Positions 39,305 through 48,908 of a DNA stretch of 64,000 nt are shown one piece after another. The notes under the pieces were generated by a model that was given only the letters and a program-made list of their open reading frames with translations, ran no database searches and was not told the DNA's origin. The translations under genes and the position numbers were made by a program. Source of the stretch: an uncultured Chlamydiales bacterium. Its GTDB lineage: Bacteria > Chlamydiota > Chlamydiia > Chlamydiales > Rhabdochlamydiaceae. The stretch spans positions 896,001-960,000 of the forward strand of contig OY969554.1 of NCBI GenBank assembly GCA_963700985.1, in the 5' to 3' direction. The stretch's first letter is position 1. The number at the start of each line of letters is the position of its first letter.

Positions 39305-40513
39305 GTGAAATTTAAGACGCTGCTTTCTCTTTACGTTGTGGTATTCGCATCCACTTTTGGATTTGCCTCCATGGTCATTATCTTTACACCCATGATTATG
39401 CAACCTCATTGGGATGTCATCGACCCAGCAGCTTCCCTCTCATTTAGAGTAATCATCCTGGGATTTCTGCTTGGGCTTTATCCACTAGGCCAGTTTTTTG
39501 GAGCCCCTTTTCTTATTCATTTTTCCGATAAGCATGGAAGAAAACGGGCGTTTTTAATCTCCCTTCTTATCACAGCTTTCGCCTACGTCGGCATCTCTTT
39601 ATGCCTTTATTTCAATCTCTTGATGCCTCTTTTTGGTTTCGTGCTTTTAGCTGGCCTTTCAGAATCAAATCTAGCTATTGCAGAGTGTGCTATTTCAGAT
39701 TTTGCCCTACCCCATCACCATCGTCTTCTGCTTACTTACATTCACGTCGCTTGGAGCGCAGCTTTCCTTTGTGCAGCCATCATGGCCGTAATTTTTTTCA
39801 ACGACACGATTGAACTCTTGCCACACCTCGCCACCCCCTTTGCGTTCATCGCAGGCTTATTGCTTGCCAGCTGCATCTGGATCTTGGCTTTCTTTAAAGA
39901 GACGAAGGAAAAAGCAACCACAACTTATATTCGTGCAGAGAAAGCTTTCTCCAAATTCCTTAGCGCATTTAGTGAGAAAAAGATGCGAACGTTCTATGGG
40001 ATTAATTTCTTCTTTTATCTCGCTATCTTTGGCTTCTTTCGCGCCTTTCCGATGCACCTCGTCCATCATTTTAATCTTTCCATAGCGGACCTAGCTACAT
40101 TCAGCATCTGGATTTCCATTCCCATCATCTTTACCGATTTCTGGTTTACCGGTTGGGCACAAAAGAGATTTACGACCAAAAGCCTTCTGATATTCGGCGG
40201 CCTACTCACCAGCCTCTCTATGTTTTTAATCGCCCTTCCGATTGCACATGGACCGCTTCTTTGGATTGCCCTCTTTTTAACTGCCTACGGAATCGGTTGC
40301 TGCATGCCTCTTTGCCCCTTCTACATCTCCCACAAAGCACCAAGCCAACTCTACGGAGAAGTTTTAGCCCATGATGAAACGCTGCGTACCGGCGCAGAAG
40401 CCTTTGCAACCCTCACCGTCGGCCTTCTCGCCGCAGTTTTCATCCCCTTTCCCCTGATTGTCTTTGCCATCGCCGCCTTCATCGGCACACTTCTTATCGC
40501 CCTAAAAAAATAA
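39305..40513 (+). CDS. MFS transporter (TetA/DHA1-like)
   Basis: YPLGQFFGAP and FSDKHGRK motifs; about 12 TM segments. Confidence 0.8.
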   Translation: MKFKTLLSLYVVVFASTFGFASMVIIFTPMIMQPHWDVIDPAASLSFRVIILGFLLGLYPLGQFFGAPFLIHFSDKHGRKRAFLISLLITAFAYVGISLCLYFNLLMPLFGFVLLAGLSESNLAIAECAISDFALPHHHRLLLTYIHVAWSAAFLCAAIMAVIFFNDTIELLPHLATPFAFIAGLLLASCIWILAFFKETKEKATTTYIRAEKAFSKFLSAFSEKKMRTFYGINFFFYLAIFGFFRAFPMHLVHHFNLSIADLATFSIWISIPIIFTDFWFTGWAQKRFTTKSLLIFGGLLTSLSMFLIALPIAHGPLLWIALFLTAYGIGCCMPLCPFYISHKAPSQLYGEVLAHDETLRTGAEAFATLTVGLLAAVFIPFPLIVFAIAAFIGTLLIALKK

Positions 40514-40584
40514 GCTGCGCTGTTCTAAGGATATACTCTAGTCAACGCCTTTAACTTGTAACCCTCAGCTCTGCATTCGATGTG

Positions 40585-40609
40585 AACTGTTTCCATTTTG
40601 GAAACAGTT
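40585..40609. terminator. Hairpin between convergent genes
   Basis: AACTGTTTCCA-TTT-TGGAAACAGTT. Confidence 0.55.
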
Positions 40610-40614
40610 GCTTT

Positions 40615-40989
40615 TCACTTGGATGGATGCCACATATAGGGAAATGCTAACATGCGATACTCTCTGAGATCGGAAACTTTCCCATTCTTCAATTTCGCAA
40701 TCGTAATTCCTTCAAACACTTCTCTGATTTTTTTGCCTTTATATGCAAAAACCCATTCACAAATGACCATGTCACCACAAGTATAAAAGGATTTAATCTC
40801 CCATTTTTCTACAACGTTTCCCTGCTTATGCCAATCCGCTATCCACTTTTTGATAATCTCCTTGCCACGATAAGTCGGCCCATGGGATTCAATTACAATG
40901 CAATCCTCATTAAAAACATCGAGGATTTCAGCCTCGCTTCCCTTCTTCCATCCATCTATGTATCTTTGCATCAAAGCTCTTTCGTTCAT
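40615..40989 (-). CDS. SnoaL-like / NTF2 family protein
   Basis: ESHGPTYRG, ICEWVF, FEGITIA, LREY. Confidence 0.75.
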   Translation of the reverse strand: MNERALMQRYIDGWKKGSEAEILDVFNEDCIVIESHGPTYRGKEIIKKWIADWHKQGNVVEKWEIKSFYTCGDMVICEWVFAYKGKKIREVFEGITIAKLKNGKVSDLREYRMLAFPYMWHPSK

Positions 40990-41065
40990 CAAAACATCTC
41001 CAGTTTTAGGAATCATACAAAGAAAAAAGAAATGGCATGACCTTCAAAAAGTTGAAAGCTAATGA

Positions 41066-41398
41066 TCAGCGCTTTGATCGTGCCGCAAAAGCAAAGTAGT
41101 AGAAGTATCTATCGAGATCTTCAAGAGACGTTCCATACTCACTGCTTCCTAATACAGCAGCACAGAAAAGTTCCCGAGCACGTGTTAACTCTTGTAACCG
41201 TTTTCTCCACCTGGGATCACCAATGGTCAAGTCAAACAATTCCAGAGCACGTGAAACCGCACTATTAAAACGCTTTTCGTCTCCTCTTGCGCGGATTGTA
41301 CGACTCACTTCGCTGCCGATATTGCCCAGCTGTTCAGCAAGGGTAAATTCAAACCATCTTCCTGTGGATAGCGATTGATGCTGAAATTCTGCCTTCAT
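41066..41398 (-). CDS. Conserved-looking hypothetical helical protein
   Basis: ATG 41398 lies 10 nt after the upstream stop; GRWFEFTLAEQLGNIGSEV...ELTRARE. Confidence 0.65.
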   Translation of the reverse strand: MKAEFQHQSLSTGRWFEFTLAEQLGNIGSEVSRTIRARGDEKRFNSAVSRALELFDLTIGDPRWRKRLQELTRARELFCAAVLGSSEYGTSLEDLDRYFYYFAFAARSKR

Positions 41399-41408
41399 CA
41401 CGTTAGAT

Positions 41409-41663
41409 TTACTTAACTTGCGCAAGATAGTCGAGAATTCGCTGTTTCTCCACAGGATTAAAATCATCCCCATAGAATTTTAAGAATATTTCCTGTCGAA
41501 GCGCCACCGGTGAAATATCGGGATTCTCACGCAATATGGCACACTTGACCAGATATCTTGAAGTATCGTTCATGGAACACCCCATCCTAAACCGTTCCTC
41601 AGGTGTCTTCATTCGAATCATTTCACACATCTTTTTCGTAATTTCTGGGCTTGTGTCATTCAT
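41409..41663 (-). CDS. Small hypothetical protein, antitoxin-like (MNDTSPEI...TPEER)
   Basis: AAGG Shine-Dalgarno; resembles small partners of nucleotidyltransferase genes. Confidence 0.6.
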   Translation of the reverse strand: MNDTSPEITKKMCEMIRMKTPEERFRMGCSMNDTSRYLVKCAILRENPDISPVALRQEIFLKFYGDDFNPVEKQRILDYLAQVK

Positions 41664-41757
41664 AGATTTTTACCTTATGGATGATTTGGATCAACTGCTG
41701 TTCTTGAGATTAATTATTCAGCTATCCTCTTAGACAGCATTAAAGCTCCAGAATTCT

Positions 41758-43056
41758 TTATTCGAGGATTTGAGAATACCTGTCCTCTTGCTGCGCTTCG
41801 ATCTCAGCTGCCTTGGTCTTTCCTCCGGCCATATAGTGGCCGATGCTGTGTGTTGCGCGATCTTGGCAGGAAAAGCAACCTGGCTCTGCGTGCGAGTATT
41901 TCATTTCGAGAGGGTTAGCAATCAAAGCTCTAACCAGCCTAGGCCCTGCTCCGGGCATGCCTGTGTGGGCAACTTTTCTGTTGTCCACGAGGAGAATGTC
42001 TCCCTTCTGCCAAATGGTTGAACAATAGAACTTTCGCATCAAGTCAGCCAGATGGTTGATATCTGTTTCTGAAAAGCAGGAGTTCACTTTTTTGAATTTT
42101 TCACCTGTTTTTTTAAAGGCCCTAGCTGTTTTCCATTTGGATATAGTCATCTGAAACAGCTCTTTGGGTGAATGAAACAAAGAAGCAAAAAACACAAAAA
42201 CCTTTTCGATGGTCTTGAAGATCGAATGAGGCAATTTCCAGACAAACCGATGCCAAAACCAAGTATCACCCTGGTAATCTTTCAGAAAGCACCTGCGTAA
42301 AACTCGATCTAAGGTGGGCAAAGAAAATAAATTGATCTGCAAGGCTTTCTTTTGTGTGACGGGGTGTAAAAAAACGCTCGGTTTGTGCATGAGGATAAGT
42401 TTATCTTCGCCCTCTCCAACGATTGGCAAATCAAATTGTCGGCAAATTTCTTCGACTGTTTCCGAGTCGGTTTTATATCTGACTGCAACATCGCTAACTA
42501 ACCACTTGCCCACGAAACACACCTTGTCTTCTAATTTTTTCTTGAGCTCAGCATCGAGGTGTTCGTATACCTTTTCCATATTCACAAGGCCAGTTTCGCC
42601 GCCCATTGTCGAAGGTTTACGGCAACAAAATGAAATAAAGCCAGGCACGTCGGGGTTGTAATAGTTTTCGCTATGAAACCCACCGAGATACAGTGTTCCA
42701 CCTGTTTTAAAAATGGTATTCGTGTGCAAAACGTACTTTAGACTATCAACTCTCTCCCGACCCTGTTCAGACATGAAGGCATCGCTAATGCCCTTTAAGC
42801 CGTTTATGCTGAGAACAGCATTTTCAAAATCATGATCCGATTGAATCGCAAAGCCTCGAAAAAGCAGCGCGCCATATTTTGCAACGTCTTGCATGAGATT
42901 CGCTGAGTTAGCCTTAAGAAAATCCTGCAAAAACTTAACGTCAGTGTGCTCTTTTGCTTCAAAAACAAGCGGCATGTCAGTTTCGAGCGAGTTGATGAGA
43001 CGCTCATCTTTTCGCAAAAACCTCGTCGCAACTCCATCATAACTATTGAATGCCAT
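41758..43056 (-). CDS. TauD/TfdA-family Fe(II)/2OG dioxygenase
   Basis: YGALLFRGF, FHSENYY (HxE), GGETG, WQKGDILLVDNRKVAH..R; GGAG Shine-Dalgarno. Confidence 0.85.
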   Translation of the reverse strand: MAFNSYDGVATRFLRKDERLINSLETDMPLVFEAKEHTDVKFLQDFLKANSANLMQDVAKYGALLFRGFAIQSDHDFENAVLSINGLKGISDAFMSEQGRERVDSLKYVLHTNTIFKTGGTLYLGGFHSENYYNPDVPGFISFCCRKPSTMGGETGLVNMEKVYEHLDAELKKKLEDKVCFVGKWLVSDVAVRYKTDSETVEEICRQFDLPIVGEGEDKLILMHKPSVFLHPVTQKKALQINLFSLPTLDRVLRRCFLKDYQGDTWFWHRFVWKLPHSIFKTIEKVFVFFASLFHSPKELFQMTISKWKTARAFKKTGEKFKKVNSCFSETDINHLADLMRKFYCSTIWQKGDILLVDNRKVAHTGMPGAGPRLVRALIANPLEMKYSHAEPGCFSCQDRATHSIGHYMAGGKTKAAEIEAQQEDRYSQILE

Positions 43057-43166
43057 CGTATTCTCCAGAGAAAAAAAGTATTATTCACTCCGTGTAAACC
43101 ATGCTTTGGAGTGTTTGCAACAAAAAAATTAATAGCGTGCTCTTTCTTATCCCAGAGCTTTTTAAC

Positions 43167-43472
43167 ATGAGGAAAATAAATATGTCTGCTGTAAGTATGC
43201 GATATGCTGCTTGGGAAGATAAGCTTGTGCTGTTTGGAAGAAAAGACCCAGACGTGGTTTATCTTAGGGAGCTGGAGTATGACCCAAAGATAGAGGTCAC
43301 TGGCGGATTCATACGCGTAAGAGGTGAAAAAGATGAGGATAATGGGCCTCGCTCTGACATTGTAGAGTTTGTGAAAGGTAGACTTGAAAAAGAAGCAGGT
43401 TTTCGTCTCAAATCCACAGAGGGAATGAAGCACGGCGATCGCGTGTGGGTCTCTATCACGATTAAAAGATAG
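43167..43472 (+). CDS. Hypothetical protein (start 43167 or 43182)
   Basis: Open frame; GAGG precedes ATG 43182; hairpin AGGGCTG...CAGCCCT after the stop. Confidence 0.5.
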   Translation: MRKINMSAVSMRYAAWEDKLVLFGRKDPDVVYLRELEYDPKIEVTGGFIRVRGEKDEDNGPRSDIVEFVKGRLEKEAGFRLKSTEGMKHGDRVWVSITIKR

Positions 43473-43625
43473 AGTCTAACCACAAGAAAGGGCTGTCTTA
43501 GTTCAGCCCTAAGTGAAGCTGTTTTTAAGTCTTGATCTTTGCTGCTTTTTCCAAATATTGATCAGCATCGTTTCAAGGAGAAATCGGATTTTAGTCCCAT
43601 GCCTTTAGAGGCATGGGATATAAGA

Positions 43626-44711
43626 CTAGAAATCAAAACGTGCTGTAGCGGTTAGCCCCTGAATATAGAGATTTCCATTGGGTAAAATGCTTTTGCTTAC
43701 TACGTCAGTACTTAGGACAGAGCGAAACATATTTTGGTTAAAGAATACCTGAAAGCCATAATCTGCTGCGAGATCTATATGCCATTTATTCTTCGCAAAA
43801 TAGCTTCCCCATCCCAATCCCAGCTTAAGGTCAACGTGTGTTCTTAAATAGTTAACGTTATTTTGTTTTAAAGAATAAGTGCTGTCATCTGAATCAATAG
43901 CTGCTTGAACGGTCCTTAAGTTATATTGAGTAAAGAGAACATCGAATTCTCCATTACCGAATAACCTATAACCGGCGCCGAGATTCCAATTAGAACCAAT
44001 ACCAACGCGCGGACCAATTCCCCACGAATGGGATTTTTGATGGACGTACGTGGAAGGCGAAATCAACAAAGCAGCAGCGGTTGTATTGACATAGTCAACT
44101 GTGACTTTTTGATCAATTATGGCTCCTCTCAAACCGATAAACGGTCTTAAGCAAAGCTTTTTTCCAACAAAGCAATTTCTTGCTAAATCCCAGTCAATTA
44201 AATCCATTCGCAATTTCCACTTTTCCGATCCAGAACTGTAAGTAGGATTAAGAAATGCAGGAAATTGCCACGCAGGGATTAGATGAATTTCTGTGTTATT
44301 AGGGTTTAGATTTTTCCGAACAGTTTCTGTGGATCGAAACCAGGTATATTCTATAAATGTATCCCACTGATCATAATCGAAATTCATCCCAAGGCCTACT
44401 TTAAAGCCGGGTTTATAACGGGAATTTAAATCTACATACTTTCCGTTCACTATGTCGTCGGAATCTGTAAGGTCAGAGACAATTCCGAGCTCCATGTTTT
44501 CCTGTCTGGGCTGCCAATAAATAAAACTTCCCAAGAGGAAAAGATCGTAAGATTGATCTACATCGATGCAACAGGGAGCATTGTATCCTGCCATCATTTG
44601 AGATGTTCTATCTTCCTTCTGAGACGTATAGGGTGCTTCATCTCCTATGACGTATGAAGTGGCTAAAAATAAGGGTAAAAGACTGGATTTTTTGAATGTT
44701 AAAAAACGCAT
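43626..44711 (-). CDS. Lpg1974/MOMP-like outer-membrane beta-barrel protein
   Basis: SFIYWQ, PGFKVGLG, LRPFIGLRGA, GIGPRVG, terminal GLTATARFDF. Confidence 0.85.
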   Translation of the reverse strand: MRFLTFKKSSLLPLFLATSYVIGDEAPYTSQKEDRTSQMMAGYNAPCCIDVDQSYDLFLLGSFIYWQPRQENMELGIVSDLTDSDDIVNGKYVDLNSRYKPGFKVGLGMNFDYDQWDTFIEYTWFRSTETVRKNLNPNNTEIHLIPAWQFPAFLNPTYSSGSEKWKLRMDLIDWDLARNCFVGKKLCLRPFIGLRGAIIDQKVTVDYVNTTAAALLISPSTYVHQKSHSWGIGPRVGIGSNWNLGAGYRLFGNGEFDVLFTQYNLRTVQAAIDSDDSTYSLKQNNVNYLRTHVDLKLGLGWGSYFAKNKWHIDLAADYGFQVFFNQNMFRSVLSTDVVSKSILPNGNLYIQGLTATARFDF

Positions 44712-44778
44712 CTCTGTTTCCTGGGTTTAGTTATAAATGGGGCATATCGAGCTCTGTTTTTTCGTAATTGCTGACCTT

Positions 44779-46737
44779 TTAGGGAGGACTTGCGCCTAAA
44801 GCAACTGTTGTATTTGTTCCACTTGTTGTGATTACTCCTTGTCCTGGAAGCACTGGATGAAACACTTGGATGGATGGAGCAATCTGAGTCACAAAACTTA
44901 GGCCGCTATAACTACCTGTATTGTAGGTCACTTGTAAATAAAAATTGTTTCCATTTACCGGAAAGGGATTGTTTGGGAGCGCAGTAAAAGGTCCCGAAGC
45001 AGATGTGCCAATTAGCACCGTCGCATTACCTGGCGGATTAACAGTCGCATTATAGCTCGTTGTGTCTGCATAGGGATTGGGAAAGTTGACTCCTGTTGAT
45101 AAGTTGTTGAAGTTCACGATGATGGTTGCATTGTCGTTATTTGTATTGGGATTAACGATGACAATAGTTCCATCTGTGCCCAAGAAATCAGAATATGCAG
45201 AGGTGTAAAAAACATTCGGTGTCCCGATTGTTAAAAGTGTCCGTGAATAAAAATCATACCAAGGATTATTTGCTACGCAGGAACATCCGCTTAGCAATGC
45301 ACCAAGCTGAGAATTATTGTTAAAATAGTTCGAGCTGCTTGAAAAGAAATCCCAAGAATTATCTTGGAGATAAGTATTGGTTATTGTGAATGGCTCGGGC
45401 CCTTGGCAATTCAGAGGGAAAAATCCTGAAATAATGGACGTGGCAAAAACTTTTAATATCTGGGCTTGGGTCGTTGCAGATGCAGTTCCTGAAATGGCGG
45501 GCGCATAATCACTAATAGCACCAGTAAAGAAAGCTTTAGAGCTTGTAGGAAGAGGAAATATAACAGAATTTCCATTGTCAGGGCCGCCTGAAATGGTAAA
45601 CCTAAAGCTCCCATCACTTGCCTCACGTCCTTTGGCAGTAGCGGATCCGTTTACAGTTGTCGCATCGAGAACAAGATATGGAGTAGGGTTCGTCTGCTGA
45701 TAATACGCTTTGGCCCCTGACTGTGTCTTACCACTCCAGACTGCATTAAACCAGCTGCATCCTGGATTAGAAGGAAGAGCTGAGCTTAGAAAATAATCTG
45801 TGGGAAAAGTAACGCTACTTGGGTTGGATTGAGTTTGTGAACTACCCATGGCGGTAGCAGGTGCATAAATACGAAGATTGCAAACAGTGCTGCCGGCAGC
45901 AGGTGGATTGGTATAGGTAGCTACTAACCCTCCCCAATATGTGTTAAAAGGGGCCGCCAGAGAATTCAATGACGTATTATATCCATTAAACACATTTGCA
46001 AGGCCCACGCCTGACGGCATTCCCGTAATGGCGCAAGCATCAGTATAGGAAGAGCCAAAGAAGAACTGATAATTAGCACGAACTAAAAGAGGAAGCCCAA
46101 AAAAATCCACGCCGGTCAGGTTTAGATTTAATCGATTTAGTGCGTTACTCCCCAAGTCGAATTCTATTTTATCATTTAGAACGTAGTAGTTGTCATTCGT
46201 AACATCAAACTCTGCGGGAAGCTGTAAAACACCAAGATTATTAATGAAATATGTCAATGGCTGTTGCAATGAGATCAGAATCCTGGAGGACTTCATGACA
46301 TTAGAGCCAGAAATGCCACTATTGCCATCGTTAGGAATATAGAATGTGTAAGTATTAGCACCTGCATTTGTACTAAAAAAACTCAATGGATAAGAGTACT
46401 GCGGTGAAGAAGTGGATGAAAGATAGGTAGAAGGAGTAAAGGCCGTTATTGTTGCTTCTGAGCTACCGTTGAATGACAAATATTGCGTACTGGAATTGAC
46501 TAATACTGCAACGTAGATATCGTCTGCCGATAGGCCACTATCATTGACAAAAGTAAAAGGTAAATACCCTGATATTTGCGCTGGTGTGGGGATTCCAGGG
46601 CAAGGGGCCACAGGAGGAGGAACCACGGCCGGTACAGGCAGTTTGGGCAAAGCAGGAATTGGCGAAGGACAAGTAGCATTAATTACAGCAAGTAATAGAC
46701 ATTGGATGCAAATGAGATAGATGAACTTACGCATCAC
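44779..46737 (-). CDS. Secreted GH64-like beta-1,3-glucanase
   Basis: Signal peptide, Pro-rich linker, SRILISL, NDKIEF...NLTGVDFFGLPL matching the spacing of the GH64 catalytic Glu/Asp region. Confidence 0.6.
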   Translation of the reverse strand: MMRKFIYLICIQCLLLAVINATCPSPIPALPKLPVPAVVPPPVAPCPGIPTPAQISGYLPFTFVNDSGLSADDIYVAVLVNSSTQYLSFNGSSEATITAFTPSTYLSSTSSPQYSYPLSFFSTNAGANTYTFYIPNDGNSGISGSNVMKSSRILISLQQPLTYFINNLGVLQLPAEFDVTNDNYYVLNDKIEFDLGSNALNRLNLNLTGVDFFGLPLLVRANYQFFFGSSYTDACAITGMPSGVGLANVFNGYNTSLNSLAAPFNTYWGGLVATYTNPPAAGSTVCNLRIYAPATAMGSSQTQSNPSSVTFPTDYFLSSALPSNPGCSWFNAVWSGKTQSGAKAYYQQTNPTPYLVLDATTVNGSATAKGREASDGSFRFTISGGPDNGNSVIFPLPTSSKAFFTGAISDYAPAISGTASATTQAQILKVFATSIISGFFPLNCQGPEPFTITNTYLQDNSWDFFSSSSNYFNNNSQLGALLSGCSCVANNPWYDFYSRTLLTIGTPNVFYTSAYSDFLGTDGTIVIVNPNTNNDNATIIVNFNNLSTGVNFPNPYADTTSYNATVNPPGNATVLIGTSASGPFTALPNNPFPVNGNNFYLQVTYNTGSYSGLSFVTQIAPSIQVFHPVLPGQGVITTSGTNTTVALGASPP

Positions 46738-47111
46738 AGACTCCGATTAAAGATAAGTACAAGTTGATTCACTTTGGACACAATAATAAAAAAATTTTAG
46801 TCTAAAGATCGTTATGATTTACGACAAATTTTTATTTGTTCACTGCAGCTCTCTATTTTCCATCTGCAAAACAGCTTTTATGAAAAGAGGAATATATTAG
46901 GGCTAGGTGCAAGATGCGCCCTAGTCGATTCCAAGCTTGATTCTAGTAAAGCGGGGGTTCTTCGCCTATTTTGGACCAATTAGAAACTGGCGTAAACTGC
47001 ATGAGATAGGCTCAATAGAATCAATGGGCTAGATGTCATCGAATTCTACTGACCTGAGCCCTTTTGAGCCAGTTTTATGTGGCCTAGTGCGTAAAATTTG
47101 CGTAATAAACT

Positions 47112-48770
47112 TTAGGTAGCACCATGTTGAATTAACCAATTCAGAACATATTTAGGACATTTTGCCCAAATCTTTGCCCAGTTAAGAACTGTTCCGCAAT
47201 GAGGTGGATTATTTCCGTAATGAATTTTTGCATTGATATCCGCTCCTCGTTTTAACAAGTATTCTAAAAGTTCAAAATTCTCATCAAGTGCTTTTTGCTT
47301 AGATACTGCCCACATAAATGGAGTGAGAGCTCCATCAACTCTATCATGCCATTTCCCCCATGCGTTAACATCCATTTTTTGTTCTTCAATTAGCCACCTC
47401 ACCAAATTTAAGCAATTTGGATCAGTATTTCTTCCTGCAGCATGATGTAGTGCATTTGCACCATTAGGAGTAAATTCATTCATTGAACATCCTCTTTTGG
47501 AAAGCTCTTTCAAGAGTTCAATGTCTCCATAAGTATACGCTCTATGTAGAGGTTTCCACCCATCATCATCTTTAGCATGTATGTCAGCTCCGTTTTTTAA
47601 AAGTGCAAGCGCGGTTTTTCCAAAATAAATGCCCGAATGGAGCGGAGTCCTTCCATATAAATCTGCTGCATTAACACAAGCCCCATTTTCGATAAGAATA
47701 CACAAAGCTTCAAAGGTATCTTCATATTGAGAAGCATAGTGTAATGGTGTTTGTTTTTGTGCCAATTTAATATTGATATCTGCCCCTGAATCTATGAGAA
47801 ATTTAAGAATTTCAGGAAATGGGAACGCCGCAGTAATCGCACATTTTTTCCCGCTTTGTGCTACTGCATTTATATCTGCGCCATTTTTAACTAATAGTTT
47901 TACCGCATCTAAATCGCCGTTCTGAATTGCACAAAGAAGTGGAGGGATTCCCAGCGAGTTATTTTCGTACTTAGTAAGAATATTTAACTCATGATCCAAC
48001 GGACTAACTTCAGCCAAATCCTTAGCAGTTGCATTCCCAAACGAAGCGGAGAACCCTATCAACCCCAAGGTTTTTAAGTTTTTAGATCTTGATTCACTTG
48101 CTTTTTGAATCAGACCCTCCATTTCCCATTTCATCTGCAGAGTTTTAACTTGTGTGCTTAACTGATTTCCGCGGATCGTCGCCATGAGCAGGTGCCCTGC
48201 ACCTTCTAGCCATCTGCCATTTTGGAACTCGTGCATTGAATGAGAAAGGCCAACCAATATCTGGACAGCAAGAGAAGCGATTGCAATCTCCAATCCTCCA
48301 TCAAGAAAGAGGACAAGATAAAGAGCATTGTTAGCGATATTCAGACAGCTTTCTAGTGCCTTTTGATGCTCTCCAACATATAAATGCTGGATCAAGTGGG
48401 TGAGCTCGATAATAAGATCATGCCCCGTGGTAATAAGCATACCTGCAGGATGGGCGAAAATTGTCCCAGCCAATGCAATAACCGCAATGACTGTTTGAAG
48501 CAGCATGTATGCAACTTCGCTGCAATTGCCCCCTTTGATGCTCTCGATCAAATTAACGATACACGTCACAGAGCGGAGGCCGCCCATGGCGAGCGAAATC
48601 GGTTGGCTTAAGGGCTTGTATAAGCTGAAAAATGGAAGGGCAACAGTTCCAACGCGCTTGCAGTCATCTGCCCACGAACGATCGTACGATGGCTCGTCGA
48701 TATCATTCGCATATTCACGATGGTAATAGATGGGCTCTGAAATTTCGACTGACTTAGTTTGTAATGACAT
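47112..48770 (-). CDS. Ankyrin-repeat protein with a hydrophobic N-terminal domain
   Basis: Repeated TPLH...L...GADIN units; GGAGG Shine-Dalgarno; several TM-like segments in aa 40-200. Confidence 0.85.
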   Translation of the reverse strand: MSLQTKSVEISEPIYYHREYANDIDEPSYDRSWADDCKRVGTVALPFFSLYKPLSQPISLAMGGLRSVTCIVNLIESIKGGNCSEVAYMLLQTVIAVIALAGTIFAHPAGMLITTGHDLIIELTHLIQHLYVGEHQKALESCLNIANNALYLVLFLDGGLEIAIASLAVQILVGLSHSMHEFQNGRWLEGAGHLLMATIRGNQLSTQVKTLQMKWEMEGLIQKASESRSKNLKTLGLIGFSASFGNATAKDLAEVSPLDHELNILTKYENNSLGIPPLLCAIQNGDLDAVKLLVKNGADINAVAQSGKKCAITAAFPFPEILKFLIDSGADINIKLAQKQTPLHYASQYEDTFEALCILIENGACVNAADLYGRTPLHSGIYFGKTALALLKNGADIHAKDDDGWKPLHRAYTYGDIELLKELSKRGCSMNEFTPNGANALHHAAGRNTDPNCLNLVRWLIEEQKMDVNAWGKWHDRVDGALTPFMWAVSKQKALDENFELLEYLLKRGADINAKIHYGNNPPHCGTVLNWAKIWAKCPKYVLNWLIQHGAT

Positions 48771-48908
48771 ATAACCTCCAATTTAATTGCGGAGATTATA
48801 CGATAAAAACACAAATATTTAATTAATAAAGTTAATTTAAATTGAAAGCATTTTAAATAAACTTTTTTAATATATACTCTATGAAGACTTACTATTAGCA
48901 TCCAGAAA

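Noticed and set aside
42804-43433. 209-aa minus-strand ORF
   Set aside because: Overlaps TauD out of frame and the plus-strand gene; no protein-like motifs.
44389-44411. 23-nt exact repeat also found at 56593-56615
   Set aside because: Encodes the conserved PGFKVGLG motif of two paralogous porins; not an att site or mobile repeat.
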